Positions 36,620 through 46,595 of a DNA stretch of 64,000 nucleotides are shown piece by piece (the first letter of the stretch is position 1; every line of letters starts with the position of its first letter). A model generated the notes under the pieces. It worked only from the letters and a program-made list of their open reading frames with translations. It had not been told where the DNA came from and made no database searches. Origin of the DNA: an uncultured delta proteobacterium (GTDB lineage: Bacteria > Myxococcota > Myxococcia > Myxococcales > Myxococcaceae); NCBI GenBank assembly GCA_963776345.1, contig CAVZMH010000003.1:96001-160000 (forward strand). Direction: 5' to 3'. Both the position numbers and the translations under genes were made by a program.

Positions 36620-37000
36620 TCACGGTGCCTGCGGCTGTTCCTGCGACCACCAGCGGGGAAGGGAGATCGCGCGCCCCGGGGGCATCAGCGGCGACCGGAG
36701 CGCGAGCACCACCGGCTCGAACACGATCGGCGGCGCCGCCGCGAGCAACGGGAGCTGGAGGTGCTCGGGCGCGCCCGGGGCGTGGTGGTGCTCCGCTGGA
36801 CGCGCCGGCCCGGAGGGCGCGCCATGCCCGTCTCCATGCTGGACCCACGGCTCATCCGCCCCGTGGCGGAGGAACGGCGTCCCGTGCGCGAGCAGTGGGT
36901 GGGCGAGCGGGGCCACGGCCAGCACCCAGCCCGCGAGCACGAGGGCGAGCGGCGCCGCATCGCTCCTGCGCTGTGCGTGCGTGGCTCGGGCTCGGAGCAT
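36620..37000 (-). CDS. His-rich exported peptide with a Pro-rich C-terminus (DUF2946/CruR-like leader candidate)
   Basis: Signal-like N-terminus; HGDGHG and EHHHAPGAPEH; ends QEQPQAP. Confidence 0.6.
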   Translation of the reverse strand: MLRARATHAQRRSDAAPLALVLAGWVLAVAPLAHPLLAHGTPFLRHGADEPWVQHGDGHGAPSGPARPAEHHHAPGAPEHLQLPLLAAAPPIVFEPVVLALRSPLMPPGRAISLPRWWSQEQPQAP

Positions 37001-37099
37001 GAGTCTGACCAGGAGAACTACGGCAGCCAGCGCCGATCGAATTCAAGCGAAATCGATGCGCCTGCAGCGGCGCTCGGCCAGTAGGGTGGGCCCCACCCG

Positions 37100-38126
37100 A
37101 TGTCCCGGCCGCGACTCCTCGCCCTCCTCTTGCTCGGCGCGCTCGTCCCGGCAGCGGCCCGCGCGCACGCCGTGCGCCTCTCCACCGGGGACGTGGCGGT
37201 CGACGGCCAGGAGGTGCGGGCCACCCTCCAGTTCGCGCGGGCCGAGCTCGACGTGCTCCGGCCGGAGGAGGTGGCGGCGACGGTGCAGGTCTCTGCCGAC
37301 GGGGCGCCGTGCGCGCTCGCCGGCTCGTCGGTCGCGCCCGTCCAGGACGACGGCGTGGCGATCAGCGCGCGCTGGGAGTGCCCGCGACCGCTCGGCCGGC
37401 TGCGGATGGCGCTCGGCTTCCTCGGTCGGCTGCCGGAGGGACACCTGCACGTGGCGCTGCTCCGGCTTCCCGGGCGGCACAGTGCAGCGGACGGCCCGGG
37501 CCAGCGCACCGGTCCTGGAGGCGGAGGCGCAGCCGGGAGCGTGGGCCGGCGCGGGCAGGTTCCTCCGGCTCGGGGCCGAGCACATCTTCCAGGGGAGCGA
37601 CCACATCGCCTTCCTGCTCGGCGTGCTGCTGCTGGGGGGCACCCTCCGACAGCTCCTGGGCATCATCACCGCGTTCACCGCCGCCCACTCGGTGACGCTC
37701 GCCGTGGCGACGCTGGGCTGGCTGGTTCCGCCGCCGCGCCTCATCGAGCCGCTGATCGCCCTGAGCATCGTGGCCGTGGCGGTGGAGAACTTGCTGGCGC
37801 TCCGCGCTCCCCTCTCGACGGCCAGGGTCCGGTCCTCCATCGCCCGCAGGTGGCGCCTCACCCTCGGCTTCGGGCTGGTGCACGGCTTCGGGTTCGCCGG
37901 CGCGCTCCGGGCGCTCGAGCTGGCGAGGGCGCTGCTCGCCCCGAGCCTGCTGACCTTCAACCTCGGCGTCGAGCTGGGGCAGCTGGTCATCGTCGCCCTG
38001 GCGTGGCCGCTGCTTCGCTGGGCGCGGAGCCTGCCCGGAATGTGGCCGGCCGGCATGCGCTGGGCCTCGGTCGCCGTCTCGGCCCTCGGCGCCTTCTGGC
38101 TCGCGCAGCGCGTGTTCTGGCCCTGA
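37100..38126 (+). CDS. HupE/UreJ-family Ni/Co permease-like protein, frameshifted at ~37470
   Basis: Signal peptide ending ARAH. After a one-base shift at CTTCCCGGG come GAEHIFQGSDHIAFL, TAFTAAHSVTL, FGLVHGFGFA and FNLGVELGQ. Confidence 0.85.
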
Positions 38127-38188
38127 GCCGGTGCAACGGACCGAGCCCGCTTAACCTCGACCGGGTGGAGGGTGTACGCAGGTCATCC

Positions 38189-39466
38189 ATGGCCGATCCC
38201 GACGTGCCCTCTCCCGGCCGCCGCCCCTGGCTCTGGGTGTCCGCGCTTGTCCTCGTGGTGGTGGCCGGCCTGGTGGCCTGGCGGGTGCTGCATCGTCCCG
38301 CGCCGCTGCAGTACCAGACCGCGGCGGTGGCCAGGGGGCCCGTGGTGTCCCGGGTGACCGCCACCGGGGTGCTCTCGGCGGTGGTGACCGTCCAGGTCGG
38401 AAGCCAGGTGAGTGGGCGGATCGCCCGACTGCTCGCCGACTGGAACGACGCGGTGAAGAAGGGGTCGCTGCTCGCGGAGATCGATCCCGCGCTGTTCCAG
38501 GCGAACCTCGAGCAAGCCAGGGCCAACGTCCTCGCTGCAGAGGGCCAGCTGAAGCAGGCCGAGGCCAACGTGCTCGCCGCCCAGCGGACGTACGACCGGG
38601 ACAAGCCGCTCCGGGCCAGCAACCTCATCGCCCAGGCGGATCTCGACATCGCGGAGACCACGCTCCAGGCCGCGCAGGCGGCGGTGGTCGCGGCCCGGGG
38701 GCAGGTGGCGCAGGCCCGCGCCCAGCTCACCCAGTCCCAGGTGAACCTGAACTACACCAAGATCCTCTCGCCCATCGACGGGACGGTCATCTCCAGAAGT
38801 GTGGACGTGGGGCAGACCGTGGCCGCCTCGCTGCAGGCCCCGACCATCTTCACCCTCGCGGGCGATCTCCGTCAGATGCAGGTGGACACCGCCGTCGCCG
38901 AGGCCGACGTGGGGAAGCTCGCGCCGGGGATGGAGGCCACCTTCATCGTGGACGCCTTCCCGGAGGAGCGCTTCCGGGGAACGATTCGCCAGATCCGCAA
39001 TGCGGCGCAGACCCAGCAGAACGTGGTCACCTACGACGCGGTCATCGACGTGAAGAATCCAGACCTCAAGCTCCGGCCGGGAATGACCGCCAACGTGACG
39101 GTCGTCTACGCGGACCGCCAGGACGTGCTCCGGGTTCCCAACGCGGCGCTGCGCTTCCGGCCCCCACCCGAGATGCTGGCGGCGCTCGGACGCCAGGGTG
39201 GCGGTCCCGGACCGGTGGCCGGGCGGGACGGGGGGCGGGTCGGGCCGCCGTCGGCCGCGGCCGGAGGGAGCGGCCGGAGCCTCTGGGTGGTCCGCGACGG
39301 GCGGCCGGCGCCCGCGCAGGTCACGGTCGGAGTGTCGGACGGAACGTTCACCGAGGTCCTCTCCGGTCCGCTCCAGGCGGGCGACGCGGTGGTGACCGGG
39401 GTGGAGAGCTCCGGCGCTCCCGCGACGCCCGCGCCTCCGGGAGGACCGGTGCGCCGGCCGTTCTAG
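38189..39466 (+). CDS. MacA-like periplasmic adaptor (membrane fusion protein)
   Basis: VQVGSQVSGRI, SPIDGTV..VGQTVAASLQAPTIF, LRPGMTA. Confidence 0.92.
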   Translation: MADPDVPSPGRRPWLWVSALVLVVVAGLVAWRVLHRPAPLQYQTAAVARGPVVSRVTATGVLSAVVTVQVGSQVSGRIARLLADWNDAVKKGSLLAEIDPALFQANLEQARANVLAAEGQLKQAEANVLAAQRTYDRDKPLRASNLIAQADLDIAETTLQAAQAAVVAARGQVAQARAQLTQSQVNLNYTKILSPIDGTVISRSVDVGQTVAASLQAPTIFTLAGDLRQMQVDTAVAEADVGKLAPGMEATFIVDAFPEERFRGTIRQIRNAAQTQQNVVTYDAVIDVKNPDLKLRPGMTANVTVVYADRQDVLRVPNAALRFRPPPEMLAALGRQGGGPGPVAGRDGGRVGPPSAAAGGSGRSLWVVRDGRPAPAQVTVGVSDGTFTEVLSGPLQAGDAVVTGVESSGAPATPAPPGGPVRRPF

Positions 39467-39468
39467 TC

Positions 39469-39648
39469 GTGCCTCGACCGGGATGTATTGAGCAGAGCGA
39501 GATGGCAGAGACCGAAGCGAGACTGCGCACACGAGGACCGAGCAGCGGAGGCGTGCCTCGTCGCACGTCGAGCAGCGTAGGGCTGAGTCTGCGCGTCGCA
39601 GCGAGAGGATTGGCCATCGCAGCGGTCGATACATCCCGGTCGAGGCAC
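39469..39648. mobile_element. 180-bp MITE-like element with 20-bp perfect terminal inverted repeats
   Basis: GTGCCTCGACCGGGATGTAT (39469-88) and ATACATCCCGGTCGAGGCAC (39629-48); no transposase. Confidence 0.7.
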
Positions 39649-39652
39649 TGAG

Positions 39653-40387
39653 ATGGCCGGTCCCCTGATCGCCGTCCAGGACGTCACCAAGGTCTTCCGG
39701 ATGGGAGACGTGGAGGTGCGCGCGCTCCGGGGCGTGAGCCTGGAGATCGCCGCCGGCGAGTTCGTCGCCATCCGCGGGCCCTCCGGAAGCGGGAAGTCGA
39801 CGCTGATGAACATCCTGGGCTGCCTCGACCGGCCCACCACCGGACGCTACCTGCTCGAGGGGCGGGACGTGGCCCCGCTGGACCGGGACGCCCTGGCCCG
39901 CATCCGGAACCGGATGCTGGGCTTCGTCTTCCAGAGCTTCAACCTCCTCCACCGGACCAGCGCGATCGAGAACGTGGAGCTGCCGCTCCTGTACGCCGGG
40001 GTCGGCCGGGTGGAGCGTCGGCGGCGGGCGGCCGAGGCGCTGGAGCGGGTGGGGCTCGGTGACCGGCTGGACCACACCCCCAATCGCCTGTCGGGCGGGC
40101 AGCAGCAGCGAGTGGCCATCGCCCGCGCGCTGGTCAGCGAGCCGAAGCTCATCCTCGCCGACGAGCCCACCGGAAACCTCGATTCCCGGACCAGCGTCGA
40201 GCTGATGGCCCTGTTCCAGGAGCTGGGCCGGAGCGGGATCACCATCGTGCTGGTCACGCACGAGCCGGACGTCGCCACCTTCGTGGGCCGGGTGGTCGTC
40301 GTCCGTGACGGCCACATCGCCAGCGACCGCCGGCAGGTCCCCGCGCGCGCCGACCCGTCCGCCCTCCCGGAGGAGGAGGCGGGATGA
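39653..40387 (+). CDS. MacB/LolD-type ABC transporter ATP-binding protein
   Basis: GPSGSGKST, LSGGQQQR, ILADEPTGNLD. Confidence 0.95.
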   Translation: MAGPLIAVQDVTKVFRMGDVEVRALRGVSLEIAAGEFVAIRGPSGSGKSTLMNILGCLDRPTTGRYLLEGRDVAPLDRDALARIRNRMLGFVFQSFNLLHRTSAIENVELPLLYAGVGRVERRRRAAEALERVGLGDRLDHTPNRLSGGQQQRVAIARALVSEPKLILADEPTGNLDSRTSVELMALFQELGRSGITIVLVTHEPDVATFVGRVVVVRDGHIASDRRQVPARADPSALPEEEAG

Positions 40388-41604
40388 ACGGCCTCGAGAC
40401 GCTGCGGGTGGCGATCCGCGCGCTGCTCCGGAACAAGCTCCGCTCGTTCCTGACCACCCTGGGGATGATCTTCGGGGTGGGCGCGGTGGTCGCCACGGTG
40501 GCCATCGGCGAGGGGGCGCGGGCTGCGGTCGAGGAGGCCTTCGCCTCGATGGGGACCAATCTGCTGGTCGTGCTCCCGGGCTCGTCGACCACCGGAGGCG
40601 CTCGTGGCGGGTTCGGGTCCCAGCCCACGCTGACCTGGGAAGATCTCCGCGCCGTCCGGACCGAGGTGCCCACGGTGCGCTACGCCGTCCCGTACCTCCG
40701 GAGCTCCTCGCAGGTGCTCAGCGAGGAGCAGAACTGGACGACGCAGGTGGCCGGCACCGAGCCGGACTACTTCGAGATCCGCAGCTGGCCCATGGCGCTC
40801 GGCACGCGCTTCACCGACTCGGACGTGGACACCGGGACCAAGGTGGTGGTGCTGGGGGGGACGGTGGCGGAGAAGCTGTTCGGCCCCAACTCGAACCCGG
40901 TGGGCCAGACGGTGCGGATCCGGAACATCCCCTTCCAGGTGGTGGCGGTGGCCGGCCGGAAGGGACAGACGCCGACCGGCCAGGACTCGGACGACGTGGT
41001 CTTCATCCCCCGCAGCACCTTCCAGGCGAAGATCCAGGGAGGCCTGGGAAAGTTCCTCCAGGGGACCATCTTCATCAGCGCGACCAATGCCGCCACGGCC
41101 CAGCGCGAGGTGGCGGATCTCCTGCGGGACCGACACCGCGTCGGCGGGGCCTCCGAGGACGACTTTCAGATCCGCAACCTGGCCGAGGTGGCGAGCGCGC
41201 AGGAGGAGAGCAGCCGGACGGTGACGCTCTTCCTGGCCATCGTCGCCGCGGTGTCGCTGCTGGTGGGCGGCATCGGGATCATGAACATCATGCTGGTGAG
41301 CGTGACCGAGCGGACCCGGGAGATCGGCACCCGGATGGCGGTCGGCGCCCGGGGGCGCGACATCCTCCGGCAGTTCCTCGGCGAGGCCGTGGTGCTCTCG
41401 GTCGCCGGCGGCCTGCTGGGCATCACCACCGGCGTGGTGATCGCGCGCTGGCTGACCGCGGCCTTCCACTGGCCGGTGGCCTTCCGGTGGGACGTGATGA
41501 TCCTCGCGGTCGTCTTCAGCGGCGCCGTCGGCGTGCTCTTCGGTCTGTACCCGGCCCGCAAGGCGAGCCGCCTCGACCCCATCGAGGCCCTTCGCTACGA
41601 GTGA
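40384..41604 (+). CDS. MacB-type ABC transporter permease
   Basis: RNKLRSFLT, GGIGIMNIMLVSVTERTREIG, LDPIEALRYE. Confidence 0.95.
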   Translation: MNGLETLRVAIRALLRNKLRSFLTTLGMIFGVGAVVATVAIGEGARAAVEEAFASMGTNLLVVLPGSSTTGGARGGFGSQPTLTWEDLRAVRTEVPTVRYAVPYLRSSSQVLSEEQNWTTQVAGTEPDYFEIRSWPMALGTRFTDSDVDTGTKVVVLGGTVAEKLFGPNSNPVGQTVRIRNIPFQVVAVAGRKGQTPTGQDSDDVVFIPRSTFQAKIQGGLGKFLQGTIFISATNAATAQREVADLLRDRHRVGGASEDDFQIRNLAEVASAQEESSRTVTLFLAIVAAVSLLVGGIGIMNIMLVSVTERTREIGTRMAVGARGRDILRQFLGEAVVLSVAGGLLGITTGVVIARWLTAAFHWPVAFRWDVMILAVVFSGAVGVLFGLYPARKASRLDPIEALRYE

Positions 41605-41836
41605 GCCCGGGGAGCGTCCCCGGAGACGCGAAACGGCCTCCTGCCCCGTCCGGGGGTGGTCCCGGGCCAAGTCCGCGTGTTCACGGGACTTGACTCCGGC
41701 CTCCCGCAGTCATTGCGTTGTGCCCCGGCCGGGCGCGCAGTGCATGCGCCCAGAGGACTCCACCGTCGCGGGGGCGGACGGGTGGCTCGACCCTTGCTCC
41801 AGGCGGCGATCGGCTCGGGATCGGAGGTCACCTGGC

Positions 41837-44107
41837 ATGCACCAAGGCCGGCGTATCGAGGTCGTAGGCACGGTTCAAGGTGTCGGCTTCCGCCCGTGGG
41901 TGTACCGCATCGCGAGAGAGCTCGGGATCGGGGGGCAGGTCCGGAACGACGTGGGCGGCGTGACGGTGGAGGCGTTCGGCGAGCCGTCCGCGCTCGATGG
42001 CCTGGTGCAGGCGCTGCGGTCCGATCATCCGCCCGCGGCCGAGATCCGCTCGCTGCAGTGGGAGGAGATTCCCGCTCGCGAGACCGACGAGTTCGTCATC
42101 GCCCCGAGCCTGCCGGGCACCGGACGGCGGGTGTCGATCCCCGCCGATCTCGCCACCTGCCCGGCGTGCGTGGAGGAGATCTTCGATCCCGCCAACCGGC
42201 GGTACCGGTACCCCTTCACCAACTGCACCGACTGCGGCCCGCGCTTCACGATCGCCCGCGACGCCCCCTACGACCGCCCGGTCACCTCCATGGCCGGCTT
42301 CGTCATGTGCGAGGCCTGCCAGCGCGAGTACGACGACCCGGGGGATCGGCGCTTCCACGCCCAGCCGAACGCCTGCCCCCGCTGCGGGCCGCGTCTGCAG
42401 CTCCTCGACTCCACCGGGAAGGACCTCGCCTCGGCCAATCCTCTCGGAGAGGTGGCCGCGGCGCTCCGGGCGGGGAACCTGGTCGCGGTGAAGGGGCTCG
42501 GGGGCTACCACCTCGCGTGCGACGCCACGTCGAGCGAGGCGGTGCGGCTGCTCCGGGAGCGCAAGCGCCGGGACGCCAAGCCGTTCGCGGTGATGGTGCG
42601 GGACCTGAAGGAGGCCCGGAGGCTGGCCACCATCTCCGAGGCCGAGGCCCGCCTGCTCGAGTCGGTGGAGCGGCCCATCGTCCTGGTCCTGCGGAAGCGG
42701 GTGGGGCGGTCGGTGGCGCCCGAGGTCGCGCCGGACAACCCGCTCATCGGCCTGATGCTGCCGTACACGCCACTCCACCACCTCCTGCTGGCGGAGGTGG
42801 ACCGGCCGCTGGTGATGACCTCGGGCAATCTCTCGGACGAGCCCATCGTCTTCGAGGAGGCCGAGGCGCTGAAGAAGCTCCGTGAGGTCGCGGACCTCTT
42901 CCTGACCCACGACCGTCCGATCGTCACCCGCTGCGACGACTCGGTGACCCGGGTGGTGGCGGGCGCGCCGGTCCTTCTCCGGCGCTCGCGCGGCTATGCG
43001 CCCCGGCCCATCCCGCTCGCCCATCCAGTGGCCCGCCCGGTGCTGGCCTGCGGCGCTCAGATGAAGAACACGTTCTGCCTCGCCGCCGGGGACATCGCGG
43101 TGCTCGGGCCCCACGTGGGCGACCTCGATCAGCTCGAGGTCCATCGGTCCTACGAGGAGTCCATCGACCGGATGCAGCGGTTCCTCGGCTGCCGGCCCGA
43201 GGTCATCGCCTACGACCTGCACCCCGACTACGCCTCGACGCGCTACGCGCTGGATCGGCCCGAGACGGTCAAGGTGGCGGTGCAGCACCACCACGCGCAC
43301 GTGGCCAGCGCCATCGCCGAGCACGGCCTGGAGGGTCCGGTCATCGGCGTGGCCTTCGACGGCACGGGCTACGGCACCGACGGCAGCGCCTGGGGAGGGG
43401 AGATCCTCGTCGCCTCGGTGAGCGGGTTCCAGCGCCTCGCCACCCTGCACCCCGTGGCGCTGGCCGGCGGCGAGCGCGCCATCCGCGAGCCGTGGCGAAT
43501 CGGGCTGGCGCTCCTGCTGGACGCCTACGACGGCGATCCGCCCGGGTTGTGGAACTTCCCCGCCATCCCCGAGGACGCCGGGGTGCATGTCCGGCAGGCG
43601 CTGATCCTGGGCATCAACGCCCCGAAGGCGCACGGGATGGGTCGGCTCTTCGACGGCATCGGCGCCCTGGTCCTCGGGCTCGGGAAGGCCCGCTACGAGG
43701 GCGAGGTGGCGCTGGCCTGGAACCTGGCGGCGGACCCCGGGGCGCACGGACGGTATCCGTTCGGCATCGACACCCGCGGATCGGTCCTGGAGCTGGACCT
43801 CCGGCCCATGGTGCGCGCCCTGGTGGAGGAGCACCTGGTGGGCGTGCCGGCCCCCCGGCTCGCGGCGAAGTTCCACGACACCCTCGCCCACGCCACCGCC
43901 ACGCTGGTGGGGCTGGTCCGCGACCGCGCAGGAGACCTCCCGGTCGTCCTGACCGGCGGCTGCTTTCAGAACGCGCGTCTGGCCGAGGGGCTGGCCGCGG
44001 CGCTCGAACCGGAGTGCGAGGTGCACCTCCACCGGCAGGTCCCGCCGGGAGATGGAGGAATCGCGCTGGGTCAGGTGATGGTGGCCGACGCGACCACCCG
44101 CGGTTGA
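41837..44107 (+). CDS. hypF: Carbamoyltransferase HypF
   Basis: GTVQGVGFRP, NCTDCGPRF, RRFHAQP, KGLGGYHL, QHHHAH, PPGDGGIALGQ. Confidence 0.96.
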   Translation: MHQGRRIEVVGTVQGVGFRPWVYRIARELGIGGQVRNDVGGVTVEAFGEPSALDGLVQALRSDHPPAAEIRSLQWEEIPARETDEFVIAPSLPGTGRRVSIPADLATCPACVEEIFDPANRRYRYPFTNCTDCGPRFTIARDAPYDRPVTSMAGFVMCEACQREYDDPGDRRFHAQPNACPRCGPRLQLLDSTGKDLASANPLGEVAAALRAGNLVAVKGLGGYHLACDATSSEAVRLLRERKRRDAKPFAVMVRDLKEARRLATISEAEARLLESVERPIVLVLRKRVGRSVAPEVAPDNPLIGLMLPYTPLHHLLLAEVDRPLVMTSGNLSDEPIVFEEAEALKKLREVADLFLTHDRPIVTRCDDSVTRVVAGAPVLLRRSRGYAPRPIPLAHPVARPVLACGAQMKNTFCLAAGDIAVLGPHVGDLDQLEVHRSYEESIDRMQRFLGCRPEVIAYDLHPDYASTRYALDRPETVKVAVQHHHAHVASAIAEHGLEGPVIGVAFDGTGYGTDGSAWGGEILVASVSGFQRLATLHPVALAGGERAIREPWRIGLALLLDAYDGDPPGLWNFPAIPEDAGVHVRQALILGINAPKAHGMGRLFDGIGALVLGLGKARYEGEVALAWNLAADPGAHGRYPFGIDTRGSVLELDLRPMVRALVEEHLVGVPAPRLAAKFHDTLAHATATLVGLVRDRAGDLPVVLTGGCFQNARLAEGLAAALEPECEVHLHRQVPPGDGGIALGQVMVADATTRG

Positions 44108-44118
44108 CAGGAGAAGCC

Positions 44119-44406
44119 ATGTGCCTCGGCGTTCCGGGAAGGGTGGTGGAGGTCGACGGGCTCGTCGCCACGGTCGACTTCTGGGGCCTGAGGAAGCAGG
44201 TCCGGCTCGACGTGGTGGACGCTCCCGTGGCGCCCGGTGACTACGTGCTGAACCACGTGGGCTTCGCCATCCGGCGCATCCCGGCCAGCGAGGCCGAGGA
44301 CACGCTCGCCCTGTACTCCGAGCTCCTGGCCAAGGAGGCCCCGGAGGACCTCATGGCCGCGGACGTCCGGGGCGAGCTGGACGCCGCGGACCGGGGCAAG
44401 CGATGA
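44119..44406 (+). CDS. hypC: Hydrogenase chaperone HypC
   Basis: MCLGVPG..GDYVLNHVGFAI; AGGAG RBS. Confidence 0.95.
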   Translation: MCLGVPGRVVEVDGLVATVDFWGLRKQVRLDVVDAPVAPGDYVLNHVGFAIRRIPASEAEDTLALYSELLAKEAPEDLMAADVRGELDAADRGKR

Positions 44407-45557
44407 GCGGCGTGGCGACCGAGGCGGCCCAGCTCAAGTTTCGCGATCCCGCCGCGGCCCGGGCGCTCGGGGCGGCGCTCGAAAAGGTGACCCGGGAGAT
44501 CGGCCGCGACCCGGTGGCGGTGATGCACGTGTGCGGAAGCCACGAGCAGGCCATCGCCCGGTTCGGGCTGCGGGCGGCGTTCCCGCCGGCGCTGGACGTG
44601 ATCATGGGCCCGGGCTGCCCGGTGTGCATCACCGACGTGCCCGAGGTGGACGAGGGCGTCGCCCTGGCCCGCCAGGGCGTCCGGGTGGCCACCTACGGCG
44701 ACATGCTCCGGGTGCCGGGATCGGCGGGCTCTCTGGCCGACGCCCGTGCCGCGGGGGCGAAGGTGGACATCGTCTACGGAGTCTCCCAGGCGGTGGAGCT
44801 CGCCCGGCAGACCAACGAGGAGGTGGTCTTCTTCGCCACCGGCTTCGAGACCACGGCGGTGGCCACCGCGGCGGAGATCCTCCGCGGGCCGCCGAAGAAC
44901 TTCTCGGTCCTCTCGGCCCACAAGTACATCCCGCCGGTGATGGAGATCGTCGCCGAGATGCCCGGGAGCCGGGTGGAGGGGTTCCTCGCCGCCGGCCATG
45001 CGGCGACCATCACCGGTTTCGCGGTCTTCGAGCCCTTCGTCGAGCGGCACCGGCTGCCGGTGGTGGTGGCGGGGTTCGAGCCGCTGGACATCCTCGCCGG
45101 CCTGCTGCGGCTGGTGGAGCTGATCCGCGACGGCACCCCGAGGGTGGAGAACCTCTACCCCCGCTGCGTGACGCGGGAGGGGAACCTCGCGGCGCAGGAG
45201 CAGCTATGGAAGGTGTTCCGTCCCCTGGGCGGGCGCTGGCGCGGCATCGCCCACGTGCCCAACGGGAACCTCCGCCTTCAAGATTCCTGGGCGCACCTCG
45301 ACGCCCGGCGCCGCTTCGACATCGACGTCAAGGCGCTGTGGGACTTCGCCCCGCCGGCGCTGGTCCAGCGCTGCATCTGTGGCGAGATCATGTCCGGCAT
45401 GCAGTCGCCCACCGCCTGCCCCATGTTCGGCAAGGAGTGCCAGCCGGAGACGCCGGTGGGGGCGTGCATGGTGAGCAGCGAGGGCACCTGCCGCATCTGG
45501 CACCAGTACGGCGGACACCCGCAGCTCGGCCGCGTGGCCGTGGGAGGCACCCCGTGA
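44403..45557 (+). CDS. hypD: Hydrogenase maturation protein HypD
   Basis: MHVCGSH, GPGCPVC, GFETT, GACMVSSEGTC. Confidence 0.96.
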   Translation: MSGVATEAAQLKFRDPAAARALGAALEKVTREIGRDPVAVMHVCGSHEQAIARFGLRAAFPPALDVIMGPGCPVCITDVPEVDEGVALARQGVRVATYGDMLRVPGSAGSLADARAAGAKVDIVYGVSQAVELARQTNEEVVFFATGFETTAVATAAEILRGPPKNFSVLSAHKYIPPVMEIVAEMPGSRVEGFLAAGHAATITGFAVFEPFVERHRLPVVVAGFEPLDILAGLLRLVELIRDGTPRVENLYPRCVTREGNLAAQEQLWKVFRPLGGRWRGIAHVPNGNLRLQDSWAHLDARRRFDIDVKALWDFAPPALVQRCICGEIMSGMQSPTACPMFGKECQPETPVGACMVSSEGTCRIWHQYGGHPQLGRVAVGGTP

Positions 45558-46588
45558 GACCGCAGCTCCCGCTGGGGACGACGGTGAGCCTGAAGCACGG
45601 CGCGGGCGGCCGGGCGATGCGCGCGCTCATCGAGCAGCTCTTCGCCGAGGGCGCCCAGCAGCCCCCCGGCTCGGTGGGCCTCGCCGAGATGGACGACGGC
45701 GCCGCCTTCCCGCTCAAGGACGGCTGGCTGGTGCTCACCACCGACTCGCACATCGTCGCCCCGCGCTTCTTCCCCGGCGGGGACGTGGGACGGCTGTCCA
45801 TCTCCGGAACGGTGAACGACCTGTCGATGATGGGCGCCACCGAGGTCCTCGGGCTGACCTGTGCGGTGGTCATCGAGGACGGCTTCCCCATCCAGGAGCT
45901 GGAGCGCATCCACGCCTCGATGCGGGACACCTCGCGCGAGGCGAATGCCCCCGTCGTCACCGGCGACACCAAGGTGATGGGGCGGGGCGAGCTGGACGGG
46001 CTGGTCCTCAACACCACCGGCGTGGCGTTCACCGACCGGCTGGTGCGCGACAACGGGCTCCGCCCCGGAGACCGCATCGTGGTGACCGGCACCATGGGGG
46101 ACCATGGCTTCGCGGTGCTTGCCGCGCGGCAGAAGCTGGAGCTCCAGGGGAATCTGAAATCCGACGTCGCCCCGCTCAACGGGCTCGTCCGGGAGGTGCT
46201 CCGGGCCGCCGGCGACGGCGTGGTGGCGATGAAGGACCCGACGCGCGGAGGGCTCTCCAGCGCCCTCCACGAGATGGCGGAGAAGAGCGGGGTGGGCATC
46301 CTCCTCGAGGAGCAGGCGGTGCCGCTCTCCGACGAGGTGCGCGCCGCCTCGGAGATCCTCGGCATCGACCCGCTGCACGTGGCCAACGAGGGGAAGGCGG
46401 TGCTCGGCGTCCGCCCCGAGGCGCTGGACCGGGTGATGGCCGCCTTGGACCGGCACCCCCTCGGCCGGCGCGCCGCGGTGGTGGGCACCTGCATCGCCGA
46501 GCAGAAGGGGCGCATCGTGCTCGACACCGGCCTCGGACGGCGGCTCCTCGCCGAGCCCGAGGGCGAGCCGATGCCGCGGATCTGCTGA
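45554..46588 (+). CDS. hypE: Hydrogenase maturation protein HypE
   Basis: HGAGG, TTDS, FPGGDVG, DPTRGG; C-terminal PRIC. Confidence 0.96.
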   Translation: MRPQLPLGTTVSLKHGAGGRAMRALIEQLFAEGAQQPPGSVGLAEMDDGAAFPLKDGWLVLTTDSHIVAPRFFPGGDVGRLSISGTVNDLSMMGATEVLGLTCAVVIEDGFPIQELERIHASMRDTSREANAPVVTGDTKVMGRGELDGLVLNTTGVAFTDRLVRDNGLRPGDRIVVTGTMGDHGFAVLAARQKLELQGNLKSDVAPLNGLVREVLRAAGDGVVAMKDPTRGGLSSALHEMAEKSGVGILLEEQAVPLSDEVRAASEILGIDPLHVANEGKAVLGVRPEALDRVMAALDRHPLGRRAAVVGTCIAEQKGRIVLDTGLGRRLLAEPEGEPMPRIC

Positions 46589-46595
46589 GGGGCCC

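Noticed and set aside
37100..39466. Apparent 788-aa fusion of a HupE N-terminus with a MacA-like adaptor
   Set aside because: Produced by the frameshift at ~37470. The middle part is off-frame nonsense, while the HupE motifs lie in another frame ending at 38126.
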